NCBI GenBank assembly: GCA_013239625.1
Contig: MU056000.1
Location: forward strand, 14,660,851-14,724,850
DNA from: Lama guanicoe
Taxonomy: Eukaryota
DNA length: 64,000 nucleotides
Direction of reading: 5' to 3'
The position numbers were made by a program, and so were the translations under genes. The notes beneath the pieces were generated by a model. It was given only the letters and a program-made list of their open reading frames with translations, was not told the DNA's origin and did no database searches. This document shows positions 13,901 through 27,163 of the stretch, piece after piece. Positions within the stretch are counted from its first letter, which is position 1. Each line of letters begins with the position of its first letter.

Positions 13901-15288
13901 AGAATGAAGCATACTAGAAAATTTGTCCAAAGTTTCTCCTTTTGTGAAATATTTACAGTCTTCTGTGGCATCAAAATGGGGCTACATTTTGCTACAGAAA
14001 CTTAAAGTTGTGGTATCCTAGCCTTCACACCCCATATACTTGAGAAATATGAATTAATATTTAGTGAAAATCTATTTGGGGGATTTGGAAAAGTTTAGGA
14101 GCAGACTTATTTTACATTTATATTTCCCCATAGAGCATAGAAATTAATCTTCCCTTTTGTGTTTGAGAAAATTTACTTTGAGGGCCATTCTCTTTTGTAA
14201 TAGAAAATACATCATTTCTTTGGACAGAGAAACTCACAGACTTATGACTTGACTTGTCAACAGAAAAAGAGAAGTGCAGAGACATTGACGGACTAAATGC
14301 CCCCATTTCCCTAAAATACGGAACATTAAGTGGGAGTGTAAGAAATGGGCAGGCACTCAAAATCTGCAATTCACAAAACAGAATGATCTAAAATGAGAAT
14401 GAGAGGAGGTGCAGGGAGTGAGAGCTGGTTTTAAAACTACCCCTAATTAAATTGATCAGAGCCAGTTGTCCAGTGCAATCATCATGTGGATAAGCTGGAT
14501 GCTTTAAAGGAAAACGTTCTTTCATCTCCTGATTTTAATTTATTTTTCTTCACAGTAGACTCTAATGCATAACCTCATATGCCCATGTTAATATTTTAAT
14601 TATATAATTGCAGTGGGTTTTTTTGTTTTGTTTCATTTTTGCTGGGAGGACACATGGCAGAACGAGGGAATATCAAGCTACTAAGTAGCTTGACCTTTGG
14701 GTCTTGTCTGGCTTTGTGGCTGAAAGCATATGTGGCTCCAGCAGCATGTCATGCAGAATAATGACAGAATAATCACCGGGGCATGAAACCACAACCTGTA
14801 GGGAGTTAATCATGACCATTAATCTCCGCCACATTCTTCTGCATTTTGAGGATGGGAGCAGTGACAGAAAAAGATTTCATGTTGTTTATTGAATATAAAT
14901 GAGTACAAATCAACTGCTCAGCTTCTTGGGAGAAGTGAAAAAGGAAACGGTATTAGATGTTAACTAATCTGAAATTGCATATTGTGTGAAATTGAGAATC
15001 ACTTCTGTTGGGAGACATTTGATCTTTGCACTGTAACGGTCTCATCCTAGGACTTAAGAGTTTGTATCTACATGGCCAAGATCATACCATCAAAATTCTC
15101 AGGGACAAAAAAAAATCTGAAAAAAGTTTAGGGAAAATAAACTTTCCTGATATCTATCCTCATTTGAAATAAATTATAGTCATGAAACTCAAGAAAAATT
15201 AATTTATCTTTTTGAACCTCTAGACTGCCTTTCTAGGACTGTCTCACATGAGATTACCGCCTATACAGAATTAATGTTAATTTGCAGC
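10898..15288. repeat. Tandem duplication of ~2.19 kb (copy A 10898-13094, copy B 13096-15288)
   Basis: Constant offset of 2194 across most of the unit; the identical 83-aa ORF appears at 11924-12175 and 14118-14369; both copies start ctagtttgaa and end ttaatttgcagc. Confidence 0.98.
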
Positions 15289-15596
15289 TTCTAAACTGCC
15301 AGTGATAATATTTCTTGCAAAGAGTCCAAAGAGCTTTGTAGACTGAAACCAGGAATCATAAGACCTTATATAACAATGTGTTTTTCATAATAAAGCAATG
15401 AGAGATTTGTTCTGATATTTGAAGCTAACGGAAGTTGATGGTTAGGGCTATCGAACATTTGAGAAAGAGGAAGACGTACATTAAAAAAAAATCTTAGCAA
15501 AGTGTTCGATTCTGTTGGTGTCTAATTAAAGATCTGTGTGAGGTACAATAGTTCTTAAAAAATATGTAATATGCATTACTCTTCACCACCACCACT

Positions 15597-15608
15597 CACA
15601 CACACGCG

Positions 15609-15640
<32 letters not shown>
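15597..15640. repeat. (CA)n microsatellite with an internal (CG)n patch
   Basis: cacacacacgcgcacgcgcgcacacacacacacacacacacaca. Confidence 0.95.
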
Positions 15641-15669
15641 AATAATGAACACAGTGAGGAAGCAATTTG

Positions 15670-15790
15670 TTATGGAAGTAGTTTAGCTTAAACATTTCCT
15701 AATTGGAGACCTAATAACTTATGTGAACTCAGGCAAGACTTAACCTATCAAAGCTTCAGTTGCCTCATCTCAAATGTAAAAGTATTGAAT
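15670..15790 (+). mobile_element. MIR SINE fragment
   Basis: tgtgaactcaggcaagacttaacctatcaaagcttcagttgcctcatctcaaatg matches the MIR core. Confidence 0.65.
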
Positions 15791-18299
15791 CAGCTATTTT
15801 AATGGATAAGCTGTCAAAACACTTGTTTAATAAAACTAACAAACTGCTTCAATGTTTAATATCTAAATTTTAACATCTGAACTATTTAGTTTAATGTATA
15901 TTTCTACCCCAAAATAGTATGAACAAATCCATCCTGATTCCACTAACGCTTTAGTATTGTCCTGCACTGTTTTGAATGTATTAGGTGGTAGATATACCAG
16001 AGAGTTTATCAGTACTTTAATGGTAACCTGGGAAAATATATAGACTTGTGTTTCTTAAAAGTGCACACATTTAAGCCTCATTGCATCTACTGTTTTTCCC
16101 TAACCTGCAATTAAGTTAATCACATTAAATCTATCACATATACTCATTAAATTAAAAGAAAAATTCAGTTGCAAAAACAGAAAAAATGTAGAATAATCCT
16201 GAAAAACTTGGGAATCAATTATATGTCAACACAAACCAAAGGGCCAGTGTAATAATAATAATACTCCTCTTCTTCATCATAGCTACTCACTGTTGAACAC
16301 CAGGCACCAGGCCCAGTTTTAAGAGATGTATATCTTGTCGTATATGATATCATGAAATTCTGTATTAGTCCAACAATTCTGATATAACTATATTTTCAAA
16401 TAATAATCAATCTCTATCAAGTTGAATATTTGGGATTGTGGAAACACTAATTATTAAAATAATTTTATAGAAAAGTAAGACTGAGGCTGATATGAGAAAA
16501 ATCAGTTTAAAACTACTAAGAAAAGAAAAAAGAATCTTATGCCATGTATAAAATTTTTGAGGGACTGCAAAAATAGGGGGAAAAAAATCTGTAAGTGCGT
16601 TACAGCTGTGCTCAACCTGACATACTGAGCACACCTAAATGTAGCACAGTGTCAGTTGTCAACTGTGAATGTTTAGGATCACCAGTAAAAATCAACTCCA
16701 GAGTGACTAGCAGAAACTAAACCATTAAATCATTCAGCAAAACTTTAGAGCTATATAGCACCTGAGCATAATTTCAATATCAGAGCTGACAACCTTGGTC
16801 AAAAACATACCAATAAAGTGATTAATGGTGGAAAATATGGCACTTGCTGTCCAAGTATATTGCTCATCAGAAGACCCTCATAAAAGCTTCTAATTATTAA
16901 AACATGAGTGGTGACAGAGTGAGCTCTGTTCTTACATTCTTGATTCCAAATAAGAGCCATTTGGAGAGGGGCTTTTGTGTTATTTGGTACATGACACATA
17001 CTAGTCTCTGTACTGGATTAAATGCTATCCTCCTGAAAGGAGTTCAGAATCAGGAATGAAAGTCTATTTGAGGTCAGAATAGGTAGGAAATTTATAAATA
17101 AGACAGTGAAGATTTCAACAGTACTATCAAAGAACCTAATACAATTTCTGGAGCCTTGAGTTTCACTTGGACTGAAAGAGCTTTTGAACTTCCCCATAAC
17201 ATGCCCCACCTACCAAGAAACATTTTTTTTCCCCTGTGTGTTCAGACACTGTTACATTGGTTTCACATTAAACGCTTGAGACATTAAATTTTATCATTCA
17301 AACTATTAAAGGTCTGCTGGTAAAATAGGTTAACAGGTGAAATAAAATGACAGATAAATGACAAGATAAATACCAATTTTTGAATAAATCTACTCATAGC
17401 TTTGCCTTTTCTACAACGAAGTTGAGCTACTTACAAAAATACAAAAAACATTTTTTAACAATTAAATGTCTACATGTAATAGTAATTAAAAATATAATTA
17501 GGATCAAGCAAATATGGACACTTCTGTGCCAGTGAGGGTGACTGGTAGATCTTGCTCTTTGTATCTCATGTTAGTCAAGCAAACAAAAGAAAGCAAACAA
17601 AACAAAAAAGTATTCTTGGAATGTGAACTTTTTCTTTTCTCTGTAAATACTCTAGGAACATACAACATGCCTTTCTTCTCTTTCAAATGTCTATGAAATG
17701 AGTTCTTAAATTTTTTTCAGTAAATACCCATTAATACTTCATTCTCAACTATCAAGATCAAACATGTGCAAGGCTTTTCAGTTCACAGGTAATTAGGTTT
17801 ATTGCTGAACCCATTTCCCTCTTTGCCCTGCCAGATTTGATTGCGGCCAAACATATTACAGATGGAGAGAAGCTAATTCAAAGAGGCATTTACAAATTGG
17901 AGAAGTGTTCACAAGCACACAGCACAGTTGGGAAAGATCGTATGTGGTTAGGTTAAAAAAGGAAGCTAGAACTCATATGCAGAATAAGTTGTGAGCGGAA
18001 AAAAATGGCATTATAGTAAACACGATAGAGGTTGCCATCAGCCTTTCCAACCAAGCATGTTGAGGAAACACTTTGTTTTTAACTCTTCCTCTTCCTCCAA
18101 GTAGAAAACCCACTTGGCCAGCACTGGGGACTTGAAATTGATAAACCACTGGAAGAAAAGTATTAGTCCTTGGTGACGGGGTTTTCTGATACCACTTGCC
18201 TTTGTTTGATGGGGGCAGGGTTTCTGGTATTCCAATAAATTCTGTCCAACAAAAGACAGATGAATCTGATGAAAGATAAGAAAACAAAACCAAAAACAG

Positions 18300-18477
18300 C
18301 TCTCTTCCTGACCACATGACCTCCTGAAAGCCAGGAGGTGGGTCCTCAACAGGAAACAAATCCTCTGGCACCTTGTCTTGGACTTTCCAGTCTGCAAAAG
18401 TCTGAGAAATAAATGTCTGTGATCTAAGCTAACCCCTCCATGGTATTTTGTGTGGCAGCCTGAACTGACTAGAGACA
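18300..18477 (+). mobile_element. MLT1A-like LTR, 3' part
   Basis: ggcaccttgtcttggactttccagtctgcaaaagtctgagaaataaatgtctg...tggcagcctgaactgactagagaca. Confidence 0.75.
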
Positions 18478-18479
18478 TG

Positions 18480-18740
18480 CTTAACCAGCCATTCACTCCA
18501 CAAATATTTCCTGAGTTCCTAGTGTGCACTGAATGCTGTTCTAGTGCTCAGGGGACAGCTGTGAAGAAATAAGAGACCCTGCCCTCATGGAACCACCACT
18601 GGCGGGGAGAGACAAACAGACAAATGACCAATATCATGTCCATTGCCAATGTATCCAAAGTTGTGGTGGGACTAAATTAACTAGTACATGTAAAGTGCTT
18701 GACACATGACAAGCATTCACTAAATGCTAGCTACTATCTC
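18480..18740. mobile_element. L2 3' end (minus strand) adjoining a MIR 3' end (plus strand)
   Basis: cattcactccacaaatatttcctgag...ccctgccctcatggaac (L2), then gtacatgtaaagtgctt...cactaaatgctagctactat (MIR). Confidence 0.6.
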
Positions 18741-18795
18741 ATAATTCCCTCTTCTGACAGCTCTTCTTTGGCTCATGGCACTGTTACTCTCTCAC

Positions 18796-19301
18796 TGCAC
18801 AAATTGCAGGCTAATGGCCCCTCAAAGATGGGTACATCCTAACCCCCAGAACTAGTGGGCATATCAGGTCACATGGCAAGTGGGAATTAAGGTTGCCCAT
18901 GGAATTAAGATTTCTAATCAGCTGACTTTGATATGGAAGATTATTCTGGATTATCTGGGTGGGCCCAGTGTAATCACAAGGGTCCTTAGAAGTGGAGGAG
19001 GGAGGCAGCAAAGACCCAGAAAGATGGCAGCACACAAAGGATTTAGCCCAAGATTCTGGTGTTGAAGATGGAAGAGGACCATGAACCAACGAATCGGGCA
19101 GTCTCTAGAAGCTGAAAAAGGAAAGGTGACAAATGCTCTAGAACCTCCAAGATGAATGCAGCCCTGATGACACCTTGATTTTAGCCCAGTGAAACCCGTT
19201 TCAGACTTCAGACTTCTGAAACGATAAAATAGTAAGTCTGCATCATTTTAAGCTACTAAGTTTGCAGCAGTTTGTTACAGCTGCTGTAGGAAACAAATAC
19301 A
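18796..19301 (+). mobile_element. MaLR solo LTR, MLT1D-like
   Basis: taatggcccctcaaagatg, gattattctggattatctgggtgggcccagtgtaatcacaagggtcctta, ending ggaaacaaataca. Confidence 0.88.
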
Positions 19302-19489
19302 GGGACCATTTTTGACTTCCTCTCCCCTGCCTCCACCTCCACTCATTAGAAAACTTGGTTCTACCTTCACAAGATTTTCTGCCATTGATCCTCTCTGCTC
19401 ACAACCATTAGCCCATTTTAGACTCTGGTTCCCTGAATTAAATTCCACAAGTTTTTACTTTGCACCAGATTTTGAAGGGAGTAGATGTC

Positions 19490-20380
19490 TTTTAAAAACA
19501 CAGTCCTTGCCCTACAAAGCTATCACAATATAGTGTGGAAAGCACTGCAATAAAAGTGGAGGGAGTTGAAGGAGGGAGGTAATAGGAACAGCTTCTCAAA
19601 AGGAAATGGAGTCTCAGGAGGCGAGGAGGAGGTGATGTGCAGTTGAGGCAGAGAGAATAATTTGTGCAAAGGTCCTGTGTTCACAAGCCTCCAAGATGGC
19701 CCCCAAATGCCCCCTAACTCATACTTTTCACATCCTTGTGCAGTCCCTTCCCACAGTGAATAGCGCTGACTCATGCAACAAAGAGAATATCATAGAAATG
19801 ACTGAGTGTGACCTCCGAGGCGAAGTCATAGAAGACATTGCAGCTGCCCATCTGTTCTCTTGAGTCACTCTCTCCAGGAGAAACCAGCTGTCCTATCGTG
19901 AGGACACTGAAGGAGCCCTGTGGAGGGGTTCTGAGCTATCTGGGAGGTGAACCCTACAGCTCCAGTCAAGCCCTCAGAAGACTGCACACCCAGCTGATAT
20001 CTTCACAACAAACTCACCAAGGACCCTGAGCCAGAATTGCCCAGCTAAGCTGCTCCCAAGTTTATAACCCACAGAAATTGTAAGATACTAAATCTTTGCT
20101 GCTTTAAGCCACTAAGTTTTAGGGTGATTTGTTACACAGCAATGGATAATTAATACAGGTCCTAAGGTCATGTGGAACTACAAAAAGCTCTGAAAGACTC
20201 AAGCGAAGGGCATAAGAGGGGAGAACTCAAAACAAGACAGGAAAAGAAGGCAAGCCCCAGAGTGTGAAGGAGATTCTAAATCACAGCTCTCAGATGGAGT
20301 GCGCTTTGTTCTAAGGGTGACAGGGAAGGGTTTGTGGATTTTAAGCAGGGAAGTGACCTGGTCAGATTTACTTTAGAAAA
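19490..20380 (-). mobile_element. L2 LINE fragment interrupted by an MLT1 LTR
   Basis: L2-type text tgtgcaaaggtcc|...|ggtcctaaggtc and ggattttaagcagggaagtgacctggtcagattta flanks the LTR. Confidence 0.6.
19676..20157 (+). mobile_element. MaLR solo LTR (MLT1E/F-like) with 5-bp TSD GGTCC
   Basis: TG...CA termini (tgtgttcac...taataca), GGTCC at 19671-19675 and 20158-20162, MLT1 3' motif tttaagccactaagtttt. Confidence 0.9.
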
Positions 20381-21859
20381 ACAACACAAAACAAAACAAA
20401 ACAAAACAAAATTTTATCCAAGGTGAGAAAAGAATCACCATACTTCAAAATGCATTTATTTGAAGATCATGAACTTGTACTTACTGACCTGATTTCTAAC
20501 AGAAAGCAAGATTTTAAATGATCGATAAAGAGAAAATAATGATGCATAAGATGCCAACTCACACACCCTAGAATCTTAAAAACAAAAATTAATTCTGAGA
20601 GGGACAAGGAATCAACCTACATAAAAAAGATTTCAGTATTAGCTATGAAACTGGCATACAATTTGATAGCATCATTTTCTAAAAATGAAACATTTTAATT
20701 AACAAGTTTGGTTTGAAACATGAAAGGAGAGTGTAGGCAAATTTTCCAGGTACAATATGATTGCACCTGCTACAAACAAAGTTAATGGTCCCTAAAGTTA
20801 TTCTTAGACCAACAGGAAGACTGAAGTGGATTAAGTAGGATTTCAGTGTGTGACTTCATATTTACTCTGTTAGTGAGTATTTACCTTCCTTCTTAAGATC
20901 CCAAACACTTTTATTAATGCCTATATCCAGTTCCTTCTGTACTGACCGATCTATAATAGAAAAATAGGAAAAAGAAAGCTGTAATTTTGAATATAAATGT
21001 AAAAAGATAAAAAAAGAACAAAATTATGTATATTGTAATATATTGATACTGTAAAATCAATATATAAATTATATACTAATTAAAAAATTAATAATGCCAA
21101 TTTAATGCATGCTTTATGACTGAAGGACAAAAAAAATCTATATATGTACAAATATATAGAACCATTAACTTTTCTTTTTTACTTAAGTCATCAACTAATT
21201 ATCTACAACATTACATTAACTATTATTTCTCAAAACAGCCAGCTAAATTTCAAAGTATGTATATTTTTAAAAATTATTTCATTTGACAAAAATGTGAATA
21301 TTAATTTCTTCTAAAGACAGATTGTATCTGGCGTATCATAAAAATGACATCTAAGTAACTATCACTTCCTTTTTCAAAGTAAATTTATATATTGAAAAGA
21401 TAAGCCTGTTAAATACAATACTAATATTTTGCTGTGTGTCTATGTGTGTGTGTACTTCTAAAATATGTTCAGGATACTTTTTAAGGAAAAAAATTACATA
21501 TGGCATGACAAATATTACAGACAGAATGTGTTCTAAATATACATACCCAAATATTTTATGTTTAATTATTTAAAAAGGCACAAGAATTAAATTCTATGAT
21601 ATTGAGGGTAAACCAGTTATTGGTTTTATCAGTTACTTATAACAATGTCTGTCTCACAGTTAGCAAATTTTCTTTCCAAATATGCCAAAAAAAGCATAAC
21701 TGATGCTTCCCCAGTAAAGTTAGAATTAAAGAAGGGAAAAATAAGTGACTACTCTGTTCATGACTGGAGAATTCTGCAGTGGGTTCAATGACTCAGCCTT
21801 CTATACAACTATTCCTGAAGTTTGTTTATCAGTTGAAATTCTGCTACAGTCACTGGTCT

Positions 21860-23020
21860 ATACAATCTTTATTTCTGACTACATTGTGCCTGGGCCCGGG
21901 CAAGACGGGTACTAGTAAGCTTATCTTGGCAATAGAAACTCAAGCCCTGATCTTGAGAATCTTATGTGTACTGAGGGAAAGAGACAAATAGGAAAATAAA
22001 ATACAAGACAATATGTCAGACCTGCAGCGGTGTAAGAACAAGTGCTACGGAACATATAAAGTGAGACACCATTCAGCTTTGAATGGATTAGGAAACGCTT
22101 AGTAGAAAAATAGAACTGGAACTAAGACATCTGGTCAAATGGAAGGGAAAGATATCTTATGCTGCATGTAATAATGATGGCAATGTGAGAAAGAGGGAAA
22201 TTCATCAGGCAGAAGAAACAGTTTGTACAAAATACTGATAGGGATTCTCAAATAAAGATTCATAGAGTGCTCTAATTCCATGGTGAGGTTTGTGACATTT
22301 CACACTAAAATTTAACACATAAGGAAATAAAATCTTTCATGAATTTAAATATACCTAGATTTTTTAAGTGTTCAAATTTATGTAACATTTTTAGTGTTCA
22401 AAGTTTCTTTACTATATGAAATAATTATGATGTATATATGTATGCATGCATATATGAGTATGTATGTGTGTATATAGATACATTTAACATATATATGCAC
22501 ACATATGGGTACATATTCATATATTTAACCTCCTTACTCAGCAAACACACAGTTTGTAAGACTGGGTACCCACGTGTCATCTAAGTTTTATTTTCTTTCC
22601 ATGAAACAACAGCAAAACTTCAACTAGCCATTGCTTTAGGAGAACTTGTAAGGACTTCAGTATGTGCAGAGCACTCGGGGATAGACTTGAGGAAGACTGA
22701 AGACAGCAGGTTACAGAGGGAACCATGGGCCAAGTAACAAAGAATCTTACATTTAAAATTAAAGAGTTGGCACATTATCCTGAGCCTATGGGGAAACATT
22801 ACAGAATTTTAAGCAAGAAAGTGAAAAGATTGAATGTGTTCTTTCGAAGTAATATCTTACCTACCACATAGAGAAGGAAGTGTTGTGGGCCAAGCTGACT
22901 GAGACATGAGTAGTAGTAAAATGGACCATAAGGGTAATTCAGGACTGCTGGGGTGGCTTTAATCTATGACAGTAGCCGTGAGGGTGGTGAGCTACAGAGA
23001 TCTAATAGGATCTGCAGGAA
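21860..23020 (-). mobile_element. Degenerate L2 fragments
   Basis: ttgtgcctggg...agccctgatcttgagaatctta; cagaattttaagcaagaaagtgaaaagattga; interrupted by AT/GT-rich simple sequence at ~22430-22525. Confidence 0.5.
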
Positions 23021-23575
23021 CATAAAAACATGTTTGGAAGAGTCTCCTATGTTTAATTATGTATTTATTATACTCCAGCATATTTATCATATGTGATGAA
23101 TTTTTATTCAAAGAAAAGTAGAAAAGCAATTTTTTTCAATATATATTCTGGATTTGAAGATAATTTATCAGTAACTTTTTTAGTGTGTCTTCACTATAAA
23201 AATTTTCTAATGCATCTCAAATCTCTGAAGTGGTATTTTTCTCCATTTAAAGTACCCTTTACCGTCTATCCACTAATCCAAATATTTAGCAGACAATGAC
23301 TCTCTCATACAAAATGGTTGTTTAATTTTGAGATTCATTACACCCATCATGTTTAAAGACTAAACACTAGATATCATTAAGTTTAAGTAGAAAGATGTGG
23401 CAAATGTTACTGTGCAATCAGAGACAACTGTAAATTGCTATGTAATGCAACACCAATGAAAGCAATGCTGGGCATATTGGAGAAACTTCTAATGATGCTA
23501 ATGTTCTACTGAAAACACCAGCTTAAAGAGCTGGAGTCCTGCCATCTATGAAAAGTGGTTTAAAGTCACAGTTAT

Positions 23576-24110
23576 GCATAAGAGAGTTGTGGTATATTTA
23601 TACAATGGAATATGATTCAGCCATAAAAAATAATAAGATAATGCCATTTGCATCAACATCGATGGACCTGGAGATCATCATACTAAGTGAAGTAAGCCAG
23701 AAAAAGAAAGAAAGATGCCATATGATATCACTTATATGTGGAATCAAAAAAAAAAATGGGGACACAGATGAACTTATTTACAAAACAGAAACAGACTCAC
23801 AGACATAAAAAACAAACTTATGGTTACCAGTAGGGAAATGAGGTGGGAAGGGATAAATTGGGAGTTCAGGATTTGCAGATACTAACTACTATATGTAAAA
23901 TAGATAAACAACAGGGTCCTACTGTATAGCACAGGGAAATATATTCAGTATCTTCTAATGGCCTATAATCAAGAAGAATATGAAAAGAGATGAATATATA
24001 TATACATGTGTGTGCATGTGTGTATGTGTGTGTGTGTGTGTAAATGAATCACTATGCTGTACACCAGAAATGAACATGACTGTACTTCAATTAAAAATAA
24101 ATAAATAAAT
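23576..24110 (+). mobile_element. 5'-truncated LINE-1 3' end with 14-bp TSD
   Basis: L1 ORF2 C-terminal peptide (WYIYTMEYDSAIK...MDLEIIILSEVSQ); (TAAA)n tail; TSD aaagtcacagttat (23562-23575) / aaagtcacggctat (24111-24124), 2 mismatches, at a TT|AAAG site. Confidence 0.95.
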
Positions 24111-24479
24111 AAAGTCACGGCTATAACTTTAAAATTAGTTAGCAGCTTGGGTTGGATTCTACAGAATTTTAATAATACAAGTATCTGGAGCTTAAATAAT
24201 AAAGTTAAAAATTTTTTTTGTAATAATAGTGTGACCAATAGAATTGTCCTTCTCTAGATCTGAAGTTTAATTTTGATTGAATCAGTATCTTTCGCTAATA
24301 GTGCTGTTATCCCTCAAAGAGATAATTACTGAGCACATGCATTCCACACACTGTGGCAGAAATTTGACATTTAACAGAAGAATCTTTTACCGTAAAGTAC
24401 ATTATTTAGAGCCCTAATGAGAAATATTAGGATCATGAGTTGTGTTTAATAAACATACTGCTTACAAAGTCATAGACAA

Positions 24480-24812
24480 GGTAGAGCAGAACAACTAGGC
24501 AAGGTTAGTAATTGCAAAGCCGGTGCCTTCCACAGGCTTGAATGGATGAGGAGCGGCATCTGTCACTGGAACCCTGACTGAGAGTTCTGGAGATGGGGCA
24601 ACCTTGACAGGATCAGTGCCATTTGTCACTATATACACAGAATTCCCCCTCTTCCCTTTCTCTGGTACTGGGGCCTCATGTGGCCAAACCCATGGAAAGC
24701 AGAGGGTAAGAGGGCCTGTTGATGACACTCATCTGCACCAACATCCCATGGACAGCAGGACAGAGTGTGTGGAGATAAATTTCAGTGAGCAAACGGACGA
24801 TTCTCAGAACCT
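24480..24812 (-). mobile_element. Old ERVL LTR (LTR33-like)
   Basis: tggccaaaccc...agcagagggtaagagggcctgttgatg...gcaaacggacga resembles LTR33 as I recall it. Confidence 0.5.
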
Positions 24813-25559
24813 ACAGAATCTAGTAGGCAGGTAATCACAGTGCTAGAAGGTGCCTGCCCTGATAGTAGTGAATAATTCTACTTGTGTTTAATTCTGTTCC
24901 TTGTGAGGTCCTTGAGGACAACTTACAGCAAGAAATGCCTATCATGAGATATTAAGGACAAGAGGGAATTAGCCAGGCAGAGAGTAGTATAATAACCTCG
25001 ACTCGTATTTCTCAACACTTTTGTACAGTAATTCACAGTCCCATTTTAAGAGGGAAAGAAAAATATAAAAACTCATAGGTTCTGGAATTAGCTTAAATTC
25101 CTTATTTAAATATAACTTGACTATGTTCAGCTATGAAGTATAGACATATTATGCTTATTGCATATACTGCAGTATAAAGTCTCAACAAAATAAGTTAATA
25201 ACAACAATATAAAACAAAATTTAAAGTGATATTGATGTAATTGAAGAATGAAGTTTTGTAGAAACAAAATTGTTTTTGTGGAATTTAAAGCAAATCTAGT
25301 ATCAGGGAATTTTGTATAGGAACATGCATCCACAACCAAAGTTAAGTACTAGATCAATTTTCTTTTCTCTTGAAACCATGGCTCTGAAAGCCACTGGGGA
25401 GTCATAATTCAGTTTGTTGTTTTTTGGTTTGCTTTTTCCCCTCCCACAAGAATGTATCTTTTATACATATCTAGGTGATCCTTAGTCTTCCTTTTTAATT
25501 CATCCATGACAATCAGAGTAGCACTTCCTATGCCAGCCCTGTGAAGCATACAAGTGATC

Positions 25560-25917
25560 ATGAACACTTAGGGTTACTGTAGCAAACATCATAGAATAAC
25601 TGACTTACAAATGACAGAAATTTATTTCTCACAGTTCTGGAGGGTGGAAGTCTGAGATCGATGTACCAGCATGGTTGGGTTTGGTGCCAGCCTTCCTCAG
25701 GGTTGCAGAATACCAACTTCCCTTTGCGTCCTCACGTGGGAGAAAGACAGCTAGCTACCTCCCAGACTTCTTCTTATAAGGACACTAATATCATTCCTGA
25801 GAGCTTCATCCTCATGACCTAATTACCTGTCAAATGCCCCACCTCCTGATACCATCACATTGGGATCGTATTTCAGCATATGAATTTTGCAAGGACACAA
25901 ATACTCAGTCCATAACA
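25560..25917 (-). mobile_element. MaLR solo LTR, MLT1A-like
   Basis: cagaaatttatttctcacagttctggagggtggaagtctgagatc, ctcatgacctaattacct, terminal cagtccataaca. Confidence 0.88.
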
Positions 25918-26124
25918 AGCAATTTACACAGTATTTCTAGCACTTAGGCTGTCTTCTAGATGTTTCAGAATGTGTTCATATTAGTCTCCTTTAAGCCATC
26001 ATAAACATAAAACAGAAGTACATAACTGTTCACAGTCCCCAAGATTAAGGAACTGTGCAATGCTCAAGTTCTCATTGCAATCATGCAAATATTTTGTGGA
26101 TTTCAGAAGTTCGCCTTATGTAAC

Positions 26125-26290
26125 ACTAGTGTTTCTAAAACTCAGAGTGAAACAAATCCCATGGAGAACTTCCTAAAAAATATGATACCTCAATCCAACT
26201 CTAAACATTGGTTGGCTGGGGTTATGCATTTTAACAGGAATCCCAGATGATTTTGATGTAGATTATTCATTGCTGAAACTTTGGAAAATA
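26125..26290. mobile_element. MER5A-like MITE remnant
   Basis: ctagtgtttctaaaact...tgcattttaacaggaatcccagatgattttgatg...actttggaaaa. Confidence 0.55.
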
Positions 26291-26629
26291 TTGATTTGAA
26301 AGTTCCTTTAAAGTCTGTTAAAAAAAAATCTCAGATTATTATTTTAAATATTGAGAGAAGAGTAAGTAAATTGATTAGGAGTTTTTATGGTTAGGGTTTT
26401 TTTAGACTACATTAACACATTAACACAGAATTTTATTGTTTAATATTTCTTAAAAATACAAGTCTTATTAGACAATACCAGGTTGCAGGTATACCAGCTA
26501 CATTAACTTTTAAGATGTCTCCTGCCACACAGTGGGACTTTGAACTCATTGTCCTTTCTTACTGGCAGCTTCTTCCTCTTCCTGCTAGGTTTTCAATTCT
26601 TAAACTCTTACTCATCCATTAGTCTCATG

Positions 26630-26630
26630 A

Positions 26631-26666
<36 letters not shown>

Positions 26667-26705
26667 ATATATATATATATAAATCTATCTATCTATCTAT
26701 ATGTC
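26630..26705. repeat. Compound (CT)n(AT)n(ATCT)n microsatellite
   Basis: Seen directly. Confidence 0.95.
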
Positions 26706-26719
26706 TGTCTTCTCAGAGA

Positions 26720-27035
26720 CCCAGTAGGATCTTCAGTGTCAAGGTAAAGTTACATTTGGTGTGCAGCATGGTTATGCAGTGAAAGGTGAGCAGAAGTGAC
26801 TGGTACCACTATTAGGTAAAAGCTTTAAAAGACAATATGTAATTCTCTTTGCTCTCTCTTTCCCAACATGCTCAGATTGTGTCTGCAACTTCAGTATAAA
26901 TTCCAGAGTCATAACTATGTGGAGCAGCCCCTGTTGACAAATCACAATATGCAGCAAGAGTGAGAAAGAAACTTGTCCTTTTAAGCCCCTAATATTTAGA
27001 GTGGTTGTTTAGAGCAAAAAAGCCTTCCTGACACA
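26720..27035 (+). mobile_element. Old MLT1 (H/J-like) LTR fragment
   Basis: tgtggagcagcccc...gagtgagaaagaaacttg...ttttaagcccctaa...ggttgttt...cctgacaca. Confidence 0.5.
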
Positions 27036-27163
27036 TCTCATTTTATATTTATGTGATTCATTACCTACCTCCCATATCTAACTATGGTCCCAGGGGTAAT
27101 CTTAATTTTCACTGCACATTATATTTTTGAGACCTAGCAAATACCTAGGATATCAAAGGGGCT

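Noticed and set aside
11924..14369. Identical 83-aa ORF present twice, read as a duplicated small gene
   Set aside because: It has a non-ATG start, no recognisable domain and no exon context; the duplication is simply a by-product of the 2.19-kb tandem repeat
10570..15288. Repeats read as a CRISPR array, satellite or LTR pair
   Set aside because: No short repeat-spacer periodicity, no TG...CA termini or TSD, and the context is mammalian
17973..18529. Longest ORFs in the window (132 and 163 aa, minus strand)
   Set aside because: They overlap MLT1 LTR and L2 fragments, have non-ATG starts and show no protein-family similarity that I recognise
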